In this document: positions 49,616 to 59,291 of the stretch, piece by piece | Position numbering within the stretch: position 1 is the stretch's first letter | Layout: each line of letters starts with the position of its first letter | DNA from: Spirochaetia bacterium | GTDB taxonomy: Bacteria > Spirochaetota > Spirochaetia > SP-2023 | Reading direction: 5' to 3' | DNA length: 64,000 nt | Assembly (NCBI GenBank): GCA_965225855.1 | Contig: CBDDCK010000005.1 | Location: 160,001 to 224,000 of the forward strand | The notes under the pieces: generated by a model | Databases searched by the model: none | Seen by the model: the letters and a program-made list of their open reading frames with translations, nothing else | What the model was told of the DNA's origin: nothing | Program-made: the position numbers and the translations under genes

Positions 49616-50869
49616 TTATCGCTCCAGCAATTGATACAAGGGCAAGTATTTTGCTAGCCATACAATGCCAATTTGCAATAATAACAGCAACCCTTGAACT
49701 ACATAATTCAATTGCAATCCATCTAATTTTCTTCGTGAATCCATTTGCCTATCTTCTTTTAAAAGGCCAACGAAAGTAGATTCTCCCCTGAAAACTGAAC
49801 ATAAAATTGCATCAAGAGAGCTAAAAATTTTTGTTCTGCAAAATTTTGTCGGAGAATTTAATAGTTTTTGATAGTAAAAAAAAATCAGTTGCATCATCTG
49901 ACCCAAACGTCCTGGCAAACGCAATTCGGTACTAATCGCAAAGCGCGACATTTGCATTAAATTGAGCAGAAAAAATGCTTTGCCAAACCCTCGCTCTAAA
50001 GCACCTTGGGTCAAAGTAAAATGAAAATAAACAATATTGATTTCCCAAAGCAACTTACCAGAAGGCAATAATAAATGGAAAAACACAAGTACAATTAGCA
50101 ATATGATGATCGAGTGCCACCAAGGGCGGTAGCCTAATAATTTATTCAACCATAAAAACAACAATAATGGAAATACCAAATAAATAGGCTCATACTTTTG
50201 AGTTGCAAACATTAAGCCCAAACTAGAAAGACCAAAAACAAAACGCTGCAATGCTGCGTTGTTTTTCCAGCAATTGTTTATAGTAATTTTGGGAGTTTGT
50301 ATTTTATTGCAGAAGCCTCCAAAATTTTCATTTTCTACTGAAGATTTGAAAATACGCGATGTAGACTCATACCACAAAGAACCACGTGAAAATTGCAAAG
50401 CAAAAAGCCCGAGCAAAGCCCCACTACCCAAACCAAAACTGGTGCTCCAAGGGATAAGCAAACTGCCCGTCCCTGGAAAAAAATAGCTAAGTGCAAGCAC
50501 AAGCTGTACTCCGTTACTGGAAGCAGCCCCGATTATGCTAATTCCAAAGAGGGAAAAATGTTTTGGCAATTGTGCGAATAGCCACATTGTCGTACCACTA
50601 GCAAGGCTTGATAATGCCGAAAATACCGCAATATAAGACAACAAACTACCTGATATCAAACTATGGCAAAAAGTTTTGAAGAATACTACTAATAACAACT
50701 CTTTGAATTTTAACTGATTCACAAATAATAAAATGGGCAAATTCGCAATGCCCAATTTTAAAAATGGCATTGGCTTTGGTATGGACATTTCAATGGTAGC
50801 TAAAAATAAAGACAAACCTGCAAGCTGTAACAAAAGCTCAAAACGTGAATATGGTATTTCTGCCCTCAC
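49616..50869 (-). CDS. Gx transporter family (heptaprenyl diphosphate synthase component I-like) protein with long TM extension
   Basis: IE..IPKPMPFLKLGIAN and GISIIGA..SNGVQL; adjacent to a NusG-II gene. Confidence 0.75.
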   Translation of the reverse strand: MRAEIPYSRFELLLQLAGLSLFLATIEMSIPKPMPFLKLGIANLPILLFVNQLKFKELLLVVFFKTFCHSLISGSLLSYIAVFSALSSLASGTTMWLFAQLPKHFSLFGISIIGAASSNGVQLVLALSYFFPGTGSLLIPWSTSFGLGSGALLGLFALQFSRGSLWYESTSRIFKSSVENENFGGFCNKIQTPKITINNCWKNNAALQRFVFGLSSLGLMFATQKYEPIYLVFPLLLFLWLNKLLGYRPWWHSIIILLIVLVFFHLLLPSGKLLWEINIVYFHFTLTQGALERGFGKAFFLLNLMQMSRFAISTELRLPGRLGQMMQLIFFYYQKLLNSPTKFCRTKIFSSLDAILCSVFRGESTFVGLLKEDRQMDSRRKLDGLQLNYVVQGLLLLLQIGIVWLAKYLPLYQLLER

Positions 50870-50892
50870 AATATACTCATAAGGAAAGAATA

Positions 50893-51336
50893 TTAAGAGA
50901 CGGTTGCATCTAGGTTGAAAGGATTATTGATATTGGCTTCTTCTTTTGCAGCTTGTATCTGTATAAAAACTTTGTTCGGTAGGCAAGCTATCCATTGCCC
51001 AATACTTTCAATTGCTCCACGCAGCACGCAATACTGTAAAAGGCAATCCGATTCTTGAACCCATACTTGGTTATTTTCAGCCTGTATTAGCATTATCTTT
51101 TCCTCAACATCATTTTTTAAAATTAAGTTAAGGCTTTTATCAAGTGGGTAAAATGAACGTTGAGCTTTATGGGTAATTTCAATAATAAGGCGATTATTTT
51201 CTGCAACACGGTTCCAATGCCAAGCATAAAAAGATAATAACCCTAAACTAATTAAAAGTAGCATATCGCCCCAACGAAGCTCGCTAAAAAACTTGCTTGG
51301 AAAAATTTTTGTATTGGGGTTATAAGAAAAACACAT
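50893..51336 (-). CDS. NusG domain II-containing protein
   Basis: N-terminal TM (GD-hydrophobic), SDC....CV..G.I...G..IACLPNKV. Confidence 0.8.
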   Translation of the reverse strand: MCFSYNPNTKIFPSKFFSELRWGDMLLLISLGLLSFYAWHWNRVAENNRLIIEITHKAQRSFYPLDKSLNLILKNDVEEKIMLIQAENNQVWVQESDCLLQYCVLRGAIESIGQWIACLPNKVFIQIQAAKEEANINNPFNLDATVS

Positions 51337-51356
51337 AACTTATTTTTTAAGCTGAA

Positions 51357-53933
51357 TCAATACCAAACCATGTAGCCAGGGCTGAGATTTCGCAATGAAT
51401 TTTCTTTGGGACAAACCCGAACACCTATTTCACTGCTTCGGATTTCTGAACAACTTAATTCAAAACCAAAAATACTGTTTTCTCCCTTTTGATCTTGTTT
51501 GCGTAACTCCATCTGAAACGAAGTACCCAAAGTATCGACACTGCCAATCACAATATCCTCATCGGCCCAAACATTGGGGCTAAGATACAGCTCTACAACC
51601 AAATCTTCTGGAGATAATTTTCCGTGTTCCACAGAAACCTCCACATCTAATTGATCATTGCTTTCATGAACCAGCTCTTCGCTATTTCTGTTATGCTGTT
51701 TTCCTTTTACAGAAAGCACTGGCGAGAAAATTCGTATATGCTTCATTTCGTTGAGAACTTTGTCTTTTGTCTCGCTGAATTTCTTTAAACCATGAGAATT
51801 ATTTTCGATCAATTCCTGATAGCGTGCCATTGCTGGTTTGTAATAACGGTTATAATATTCTCCCACCATACGATGGCTAGAGAATGCATGCAAACTGTGT
51901 TTAATCGCATTTTTCATATAGCGTACCCACAATGTCTGCAATCCATTCTCATGGAAATAATAAGCTGGGATAATCTCATTTTCCAAAGTCAAATAAAGAT
52001 TTTCGGCTTCCTCATTATCACGCTGATGTGGGTCGCAGCTTTTAGAGTTATCGATCTTCCAACCACAACTTTTGTTGTAGCCTTCTTCCCACCAACCATC
52101 GAGAATGGAAAAGTTCGGAACACCGTTCATAGCAGCTTTCATACCAGAAGTACCACTAGCTTCTTCTGGCCTAATTGGGTTATTCAACCATACATCGACA
52201 CCTTGAACCAACAAGCGCGCCACTTGAATATTATAATTGTCAAGGAAAATAAAGGCATGTTCTAAATTACGTTCTTTGGCAAAATTAATAATATTTTGAA
52301 TCAAGTGTTTACCGGGTTCATCAGCAGGATGAGCCTTACCGGCAAAAACAAATTGTACCGGCTGAGTTGAATTGGTAATAATACGTTCTAAACGATCTGG
52401 GTCGCGCAACAGCAATGTAGCCCGCTTATAAGTGGCAAAGCGACGAGCAAACCCTATGGTCAAAATCTCTGTAGACATTGTTTTGCGGAAACGGTGTGCC
52501 CGTTGTTGCATAATCATAAGGGCTTGTTCTGTGAGAATGGCTTTTGCTTGTTTATGTGCTTTCAGCAAGTCATAATCGGGAATACGATCAATATTTTTCA
52601 GCTCTTCTTCCGTCCAATCAGATCGCATTTCCCAGTTTGCCCCAAGATAAATACTAAACAAATTATGGTTAAATATAGAGACCCAAGAACTAGGGTGAAC
52701 CCCATTGGTAATCGCACCAATGGGAACTTCGCTTACGGATAATTCGGGCCAAACATTTTGCCACATATTCCGCGATACAGCACCGTGAAGCTGGCTTACT
52801 CCATTTGCATTGACAGCGCAACGCAACCCCAAAATTGTCATCGACAACTTAGAATTATCGTAGCCATTTGATTGCCCCATACCCATAAAGCGATCGATAT
52901 GTAATTCTGAATCATGTAGCACTCGTTCCAAATATGGACGGACTAAGCCGACATCAAATTCATCGTTACCTGCGGGAACAGGCGTATGCGTGGTAAAAAC
53001 ATTGGTCTGATGGTTTAATTCTACTGCTTGCTCCAACAGCAGATTGTAGCGTTTTTGTAAATCCAAAATACGTGCAATACTCAAAAAGGCAGAATGGCCT
53101 TCATTCATATGGCAAGCTTGAGGCAAATAGTTCATTTTGACTAAAGCATCATAACCACCAATACCTAAAAGCAATTCTTGGTGCAAGCGCATTGTGCGAT
53201 CGCCACCGTAAAGCTGGAAGGTAACTTTTCGCAATTCTGAGGAGTTCTCCACAATATCGGCATCCAGCAAATACAAAGAGATATTGCCAACACGCAGCTC
53301 CCAAACTTGGGCATGAAGAGTTTGTTCTAACAATGGAACGCTGACTTTCATTTGCTTGCCAGAAGCATCTTGTACTGGAAGAACGGGAATCATGTCAAAA
53401 TCGTTATTGGTATATTTTTCAACCTGCCAACCACTGGGATCAATGGTTTGGTTGAAATAACCTTGACGATAAAACAAACCAACACCTACTAGAGGAATCT
53501 TTAAATCACTGGCAGATTTTAAGTGATCGCCAGCTAAAACCCCCAAACCGCCAGAATACAATGGCAAACTTTCATGAATACCAAATTCCAAGCTAAAATA
53601 TGCAACACAGTTTCGTTTCGGGTCTATTTTCAATAATGGGGTTGTAATGCAATTATCAATATCTTTTTTATAAAGTTCACAAATCGCATTAAACAATGAC
53701 ATAAAATTTGAGTCGTTTACAATATCTTCTAAACGCTCATAATTGATGCGTTTTAAAAAGACTTTGGGTGCGTGTTTACAAGTCCACCATAATTCAGGGT
53801 CAATCATACGGAACAAATCAAATGCCCCGGGGTACCAACTCCATCTTGTATTATTTACCAGCTCTTCAAGCATTCTCAGTTGTTCTGGCAATTTCGGACG
53901 AACCATAATTCGTATAAAATTGGGTTGCTTCAT
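51357..53933 (-). CDS. glgP: Alpha-glucan (glycogen) phosphorylase
   Basis: YSGGLGVLAGDHLKSASD, MNEGH, ARRFATYKR and EASGTSGMK. Confidence 0.95.
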   Translation of the reverse strand: MKQPNFIRIMVRPKLPEQLRMLEELVNNTRWSWYPGAFDLFRMIDPELWWTCKHAPKVFLKRINYERLEDIVNDSNFMSLFNAICELYKKDIDNCITTPLLKIDPKRNCVAYFSLEFGIHESLPLYSGGLGVLAGDHLKSASDLKIPLVGVGLFYRQGYFNQTIDPSGWQVEKYTNNDFDMIPVLPVQDASGKQMKVSVPLLEQTLHAQVWELRVGNISLYLLDADIVENSSELRKVTFQLYGGDRTMRLHQELLLGIGGYDALVKMNYLPQACHMNEGHSAFLSIARILDLQKRYNLLLEQAVELNHQTNVFTTHTPVPAGNDEFDVGLVRPYLERVLHDSELHIDRFMGMGQSNGYDNSKLSMTILGLRCAVNANGVSQLHGAVSRNMWQNVWPELSVSEVPIGAITNGVHPSSWVSIFNHNLFSIYLGANWEMRSDWTEEELKNIDRIPDYDLLKAHKQAKAILTEQALMIMQQRAHRFRKTMSTEILTIGFARRFATYKRATLLLRDPDRLERIITNSTQPVQFVFAGKAHPADEPGKHLIQNIINFAKERNLEHAFIFLDNYNIQVARLLVQGVDVWLNNPIRPEEASGTSGMKAAMNGVPNFSILDGWWEEGYNKSCGWKIDNSKSCDPHQRDNEEAENLYLTLENEIIPAYYFHENGLQTLWVRYMKNAIKHSLHAFSSHRMVGEYYNRYYKPAMARYQELIENNSHGLKKFSETKDKVLNEMKHIRIFSPVLSVKGKQHNRNSEELVHESNDQLDVEVSVEHGKLSPEDLVVELYLSPNVWADEDIVIGSVDTLGTSFQMELRKQDQKGENSIFGFELSCSEIRSSEIGVRVCPKENSLRNLSPGYMVWY

Positions 53934-54028
53934 TTTAATACTCCTCTCAAGTTAAAGCAAGTTTTTCGATATATCTGGTCAGACAATAGCAGAAAAAATA
54001 ATTATATTTATAACTGGTTTATACCACT

Positions 54029-54316
54029 TTATTCAACTATTAGCAGGCTATTCATTGAGCCTCGATCATTGTAAATAAAGTCTTCGTTTTTAGCATCAAC
54101 AATCCAAACACCATTGACAATGAATTTATATTCATATTGTCCTGGTGGAAGCTTTTTCGTCTTTATGAAGTATCCCTTTTTTTCATGGTATTTCATTTCA
54201 TCTGGTTTCCAATCATTAAAATTTCCTGCAATATGAACAGTGCTACTCGGCTCTTCATCTAATGTAAACTCAACCCGTTTTTTAGGGGACTTTTGTTCCA
54301 AGTTTGATTGAGACAT
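54029..54316 (-). CDS. Glycogen-binding (CBM48/AMPK-beta-like) domain protein
   Basis: IAGNFNDW and LPPGQYEYKFIVNGVWIVD; RBS aggag. Confidence 0.88.
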   Translation of the reverse strand: MSQSNLEQKSPKKRVEFTLDEEPSSTVHIAGNFNDWKPDEMKYHEKKGYFIKTKKLPPGQYEYKFIVNGVWIVDAKNEDFIYNDRGSMNSLLIVE

Positions 54317-54701
54317 ACGAACTCCTAGAAAATTTAATTGCCAAACAATCAAATTTGCATTCTATAATGTAAAATATGATTTTAAGTAAAATTGAACAGA
54401 GTCTAATCTTGTTTAAAATCAAAATATTTTAGCGATAATACCAAAAAATATTTATAGGTCAAGCTATTGACACAAATACCGAATTATGGAGACAAAAGAT
54501 GGTATAACCCATTTTTAGGCGGGATTATGGTATTATCGCTGAAGTCGGGGGAAAATAGAAAAGTTTGAGGTGCAGAATTGTTAGCAAGATTTTTATGCTA
54601 AAATTCTTTATAATTTTGTCTAGGCAACAAGATTAAAATTTAGCCATTGCTTAGACGATTGATAAACAAATATAAACGTTTTATTAAGGGATAAAATTAG
54701 T

Positions 54702-55964
54702 ATGAAAATGGTTTTTGGGTATATCGATCCCGGTACGGGAAGTTTGTTATTTTCAGCTTTAGTTGGCTTGAGTATTTCATTTATTTATAGTTTGAAAGGC
54801 TTTTTTTATTCGTTATTGAGCCGTATTGTGGGTAAAAAAATTGGCTTGGTGCCGAAATTTTCTGGTCAATTGGTATTTTATTCTGAAGGAGCTCAGTATT
54901 GGAAAGTATTTCAACCTGTACTGCAGGCGCTTTTACAGAAAGAAAAAAGCTTTGTTTTTCTTACTTCTGATGCTAAAGACCCAGCAATTGAATATTTACA
55001 AGAGCATAATTCGGCACAAGCTCACTGTATCGGTTTATTGCCTCATGCAATACCTTTTTTGAATCGGCTTGAAGCAGATGTTGTAGTTTTGACGACACCA
55101 CAATTGGGGGTGCTACAACTCAAGCGCTCGCCGGTGGTTAGGCATTATTGCCATCTGCTACATGCCCCCATAGATATTCACAGTTATGAATTTTTTGCAT
55201 TTGATGAATTTGACTCTGTACTATGTTCGAGCAAGTTCCAGATAGAAAACTTGTTGTTTTTAGAAGAAAAACGCCCCTTAAACAAAAAGAAGCAACTGTT
55301 TGAGACTGGCTGTACTTATTACGATGAAATGACTAGCGAAAATCAAACCGAAGACAAGTTAGTTCTTTATGCACCTACATGGGGAGAAAAATCTTCTCTA
55401 TCGGTAGCGGAGAATATGATGCAAAAATTGATTGCTGAAGGATACCAAGTTTTATTCCGCCCACATCCGCAGTCTTTTGTTTCAGACAAAGAAATATTGG
55501 ATAGGCTTTGTTTGCAGTTTCAGAATGCAGAAAATTGGTTTCTGGATAGTAACAAAACTTTTACAGAGGCCTTCTCGCGCTGTGCTATAATGATTTGCGA
55601 CTTATCTGGTATAATATACGATTTTGCATTTCTGTATCAAAAACCTATTTTTGCTTTTAATACCTCTAGTAATCTAAAACTAGGTTATGAAGCATATTAC
55701 TTAGAACAGGAACTTTCGGCTATTTCATTATTGCAAACTACAGGGGGTGAATTGTTGGAAATTAACGATATAGCAAATATTATGGCTCGGCTTTCTACCG
55801 TGAATATAGTCAAAAAATCTACAATGGCAGAACCAACCAAAGAACCGCCGAAGTATATTACCCAATATGTGTATAATTTTGGCAATGCTGGAGTTGTTGC
55901 TGCCGAGCAAATCCTCTCTTTAGTAGCTACCTTTCCTAAAACTATTTTACGGCAACAAACTTGA
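54702..55964 (+). CDS. CDP-glycerol glycerophosphotransferase (TagF-like) family protein
   Basis: LYAPTWG, FRPHPQ and ICDLSGIIYDFAFL..KPI; N-terminal YIDPGTGS plus TM. Confidence 0.75.
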   Translation: MKMVFGYIDPGTGSLLFSALVGLSISFIYSLKGFFYSLLSRIVGKKIGLVPKFSGQLVFYSEGAQYWKVFQPVLQALLQKEKSFVFLTSDAKDPAIEYLQEHNSAQAHCIGLLPHAIPFLNRLEADVVVLTTPQLGVLQLKRSPVVRHYCHLLHAPIDIHSYEFFAFDEFDSVLCSSKFQIENLLFLEEKRPLNKKKQLFETGCTYYDEMTSENQTEDKLVLYAPTWGEKSSLSVAENMMQKLIAEGYQVLFRPHPQSFVSDKEILDRLCLQFQNAENWFLDSNKTFTEAFSRCAIMICDLSGIIYDFAFLYQKPIFAFNTSSNLKLGYEAYYLEQELSAISLLQTTGGELLEINDIANIMARLSTVNIVKKSTMAEPTKEPPKYITQYVYNFGNAGVVAAEQILSLVATFPKTILRQQT

Positions 55965-55989
55965 CTTGGCCAATAACTTACGGTATTTT
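55961..55989 (+). promoter_or_regulatory. Putative promoter carried in each repeat unit
   Basis: TTGACT-17 bp-TATTTT ending 10 nt before the ATG, no SD; repeated at +3293 and +6586. Confidence 0.45.
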
Positions 55990-55998
55990 TAGCGCACC

Positions 55999-58920
55999 AT
56001 GGGATATATTATTTTCCCTTTAAGCTATTCATTCCAGTTTGTTTTAGAAACATTTTATACGCTAACCCAAAATTATGGGCTAGCTATTATTTTCCTTGCC
56101 ATTTTGGTTAGCATTGTATTACTGCCATTGCAACTATGGGCCGACAAATTACAGCAAAAAGATTTAGACGAAAAAAATGCCATGCGCTGGGCTTTGGATT
56201 CAATTAGCCGTTTAGCCAATGCCCAAAAGAAATTTTATTGCACTAAGGAAATCTACCGTAGATACGGCTATAATCCGATAAAATCTTTACGCGGTTTAAT
56301 TGGCCTGTTGATTCAATTGCCATTTTTTTTAGCGGCCTACTTTATGCTGGGCAGCTTTAGCGATTTTTCGGGCCAAAGTTTCCTAATAATTAAAGATTTA
56401 GCCACTCCAGATGCTTTACTGAAAGGCTATAACTTTTTACCGCTATTCATGACTTTGGTAAATTTGCTATCGGCCGGTTTCTATTTACTCCCCAAAAACA
56501 ATGTAGACCGCTCTGCAATGGTATCTCAATTGCTTTTGCCAATGTTATTTTTGATGTTACTATACAATAAAAGCTCGGCACTGTTGTTGTATTGGACTTG
56601 TAATAATCTATTTTCACTGGCAAAGAATTATTGCCAGAGTAGGGCGATTATTACAGCCATTACTAAAGAAAAGCAAATTTTTAGTTTTAGATTCTGGACT
56701 AATTTTTGTGCCAATGTCGTCAGCCATAGATTTTGTTTACCGATAACAGTGGTTTTGTCTGGTATTTTATTGGCTTTATACGGCCTGATGGAAGACCGAC
56801 TCTATGCCCATAAACTAATGAAATTCAATTTATTGGTATTAGATGCTTTAATTGTAATAATTTTATACCAATATCGTGCACAATTAAAGAAAATACTTAC
56901 ACAGAACTTTGGCCAAATACAAGTGGTTATAGCCATTATTTTGCTGTTCAATTTAGTAGCATTTCATTTGCATAAACTATTTGGCTTGGCTTTATTTACA
57001 TTAACCAATGATATACCTAGCTTAGTATTCAGCCAAATATTGGCTTTATTGCTAATAAGAAATATATTAATACCCCCCAGTATTGCCTACCGGTTATTTT
57101 ATCAATTCAGAGATACTATAAAGTCTTTGCTTTCATTTGAAATAAAAGGCGGTTGTTATATTATCGGGGTATTTTTGCTACAAATATTTTTATATACCCC
57201 AGCAATCATATATTTCAAAGCACCTTTGGATTTTGGCCAAATAGAATTTCATATTGTTTTATGGTATTTTATAAGCTGTATTTCCATAACCATATTGCTA
57301 TCCAGATATATCAGTAAATGGTGGTTGGGCGCATCATCTATGAAAAAGCATATTAAAAATTTTTGTTTGATTGCCATTGTATTTATTACCATGGTGAATT
57401 TCTTTTATGGCTATATTTACCAGCTAGATTTAGGCATTATTCGAGGGTTGCGCTTTGTCAATGAAAAAGCATTGACTGAATTGCCAAAATCTACATTGAT
57501 TTTGGAGCTTATTTTATTGTGTGTTGCTTTTTTGTTGTTCATTCGATTCGGGGGTTTTGTTGCGAAATTTTCCCGCCATATATCATTGACTATTGGCTCG
57601 ATTGGTTTGGTATTGCTGGCCAATGTATGGCTACAAAATATTGACGAAATCAAAAAATCTTTTGCCCCGCAAGAGATTGTAGCGAGTGAACAACAAAATT
57701 CACTAGATAAAACGATAGCCAATTATTTTGCAGACAATTATGAAGTATTTAATTTTTCTAAAGAAAAGAATATTTTGGTTTTGATTTTTGATGCGTTTCC
57801 TGCCAATATGTTAGAAGATATTTTCAAGCAAAACCCAGAAATAAAGAAAGGTTTAGATGGATTTGTTTGGTATAAAAATACCGTTTCTACTGGGAGTGCT
57901 ACGATGAACAGTATTAATGCAATGACTGGAGGACCAGAATATATTATTTCTAAAATTAATAAGAAACCAAATCATGATCTTACAATTCAAGAGTTAACTA
58001 CAAAGAATTGGGCAAATTTATATAACGCAGTAGGTGCTGAAAAAGATGGATATGCTTTATCTACAAATGAACATGTCTCTTATAAATCTCAATTATTATT
58101 TAATTTATATCTAAATAATTCTGTTAATATGCTTAAAAAGCTAAAGATTAAAGGGGAATCATCTTCTAGCCAAAGATTTTTATTTGGTGTTTCTGTGTTT
58201 AAACTCTCCCCAATTTTTTTAAAACGAAAAATATATAATGGTGGCTATTGGAGAGGATTTGTTAGTTTGTTTCCTTCAGATTATTCTGAATATGTTTTGT
58301 TTGAAAATATGGCGCAAAACTTGTCATATACTAGCTCAAAGCCAACTTTTAAATATTTTTGGACAAGTTTAACACATACTCCATATCATATCAACAAAGA
58401 TGGTCAATGGATTATGTCTCAAGACTTAAAGCAAAAGCAAGATTTTAATCCAAATTCAGATCAAAGTAAAAAGTTTACAATGAAATATGCAATACAAAAA
58501 ATTATAGAGATTGTTCAGGCATTTAAAGATAATGATATATACAACCAAACCAAAATTATTGTGGCTTCCGATCACGGTGGAGCAGAAAAAGATTGGAATG
58601 ATTGGGCCTTATATTCTTTAATGATGGTCAAAGATTTTGATTCTATTGGGAAATTTGAGGTCTCGGACATTCCCATTTCAAACGCCGATATTCCGGCCAT
58701 GATTGGTACGGGTATTGACCCAACTGGCAAGTTTAATACTGAAAATAACTTTGGTACCGATTACACCAAAGAGCCCGATATGGACAGAATATTAGAATAT
58801 CATATTGTAACTGGAGAAGTAGATTACAAGCGAGATACAAAATACCCTGCTGGTAAAATAATTTCCATTCAGGGCGACCCTTATAATAGGGATAATTGGC
58901 AAGTGGCAGAATTTGAGTAA
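55999..58920 (+). CDS. YidC/Oxa1-like domain fused to sulfatase/LtaS-like domain (copy A)
   Basis: YGLAII..LLPL, LLIQLPFF and ALLLYWTCNNLFS (YidC-like); TM block; LIFDAF, STGSAT, THTPY and VASDHG (alkaline-phosphatase superfamily). Confidence 0.8.
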   Translation: MGYIIFPLSYSFQFVLETFYTLTQNYGLAIIFLAILVSIVLLPLQLWADKLQQKDLDEKNAMRWALDSISRLANAQKKFYCTKEIYRRYGYNPIKSLRGLIGLLIQLPFFLAAYFMLGSFSDFSGQSFLIIKDLATPDALLKGYNFLPLFMTLVNLLSAGFYLLPKNNVDRSAMVSQLLLPMLFLMLLYNKSSALLLYWTCNNLFSLAKNYCQSRAIITAITKEKQIFSFRFWTNFCANVVSHRFCLPITVVLSGILLALYGLMEDRLYAHKLMKFNLLVLDALIVIILYQYRAQLKKILTQNFGQIQVVIAIILLFNLVAFHLHKLFGLALFTLTNDIPSLVFSQILALLLIRNILIPPSIAYRLFYQFRDTIKSLLSFEIKGGCYIIGVFLLQIFLYTPAIIYFKAPLDFGQIEFHIVLWYFISCISITILLSRYISKWWLGASSMKKHIKNFCLIAIVFITMVNFFYGYIYQLDLGIIRGLRFVNEKALTELPKSTLILELILLCVAFLLFIRFGGFVAKFSRHISLTIGSIGLVLLANVWLQNIDEIKKSFAPQEIVASEQQNSLDKTIANYFADNYEVFNFSKEKNILVLIFDAFPANMLEDIFKQNPEIKKGLDGFVWYKNTVSTGSATMNSINAMTGGPEYIISKINKKPNHDLTIQELTTKNWANLYNAVGAEKDGYALSTNEHVSYKSQLLFNLYLNNSVNMLKKLKIKGESSSSQRFLFGVSVFKLSPIFLKRKIYNGGYWRGFVSLFPSDYSEYVLFENMAQNLSYTSSKPTFKYFWTSLTHTPYHINKDGQWIMSQDLKQKQDFNPNSDQSKKFTMKYAIQKIIEIVQAFKDNDIYNQTKIIVASDHGGAEKDWNDWALYSLMMVKDFDSIGKFEVSDIPISNADIPAMIGTGIDPTGKFNTENNFGTDYTKEPDMDRILEYHIVTGEVDYKRDTKYPAGKIISIQGDPYNRDNWQVAEFE

Positions 58921-58957
58921 GTTTTTATTTCCATTTGCCAAAAAATGCCCTATATTA

Positions 58958-59257
58958 TCTAGTAATCTAAAACTAGGTTATGAAGCATATTACTTAGAAC
59001 AGGAACTTTCGGCTATTTCATTATTGCAAACTACAGGGGGTGAATTGTTGGAAATTAACGATATAGCAAATATTATGGCTCGGCTTTCTACCGTGAATAT
59101 AGTCAAAAAATCTACAATGGCAGAACCAACCAAAGAACCGCCGAAGTATATTACCCAATATGTGTATAATTTTGGCAATGCTGGAGTTGTTGCTGCCGAG
59201 CAAATCCTCTCTTTAGTAGCTACCTTTCCTAAAACTATTTTACGGCAACAAACTTGA
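58958..59257 (+). pseudogene. Duplicated 3' fragment of the TagF-like gene
   Basis: Matches 55665-55964. Confidence 0.85.
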
Positions 59258-59291
59258 CTTGGCCAATAACTTACGGTATTTTTAGCGCACC

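Noticed and set aside
57900..58110. Diversity-generating retroelement variable region
   Set aside because: Differences are not adenine-specific, and no reverse transcriptase or template repeat is in the window.
58913..59257. 114-aa ORF (also 62206-62550) as a real gene
   Set aside because: It is a chimera of junction sequence and the duplicated TagF-like tail, with a TTG start overlapping the upstream stop.
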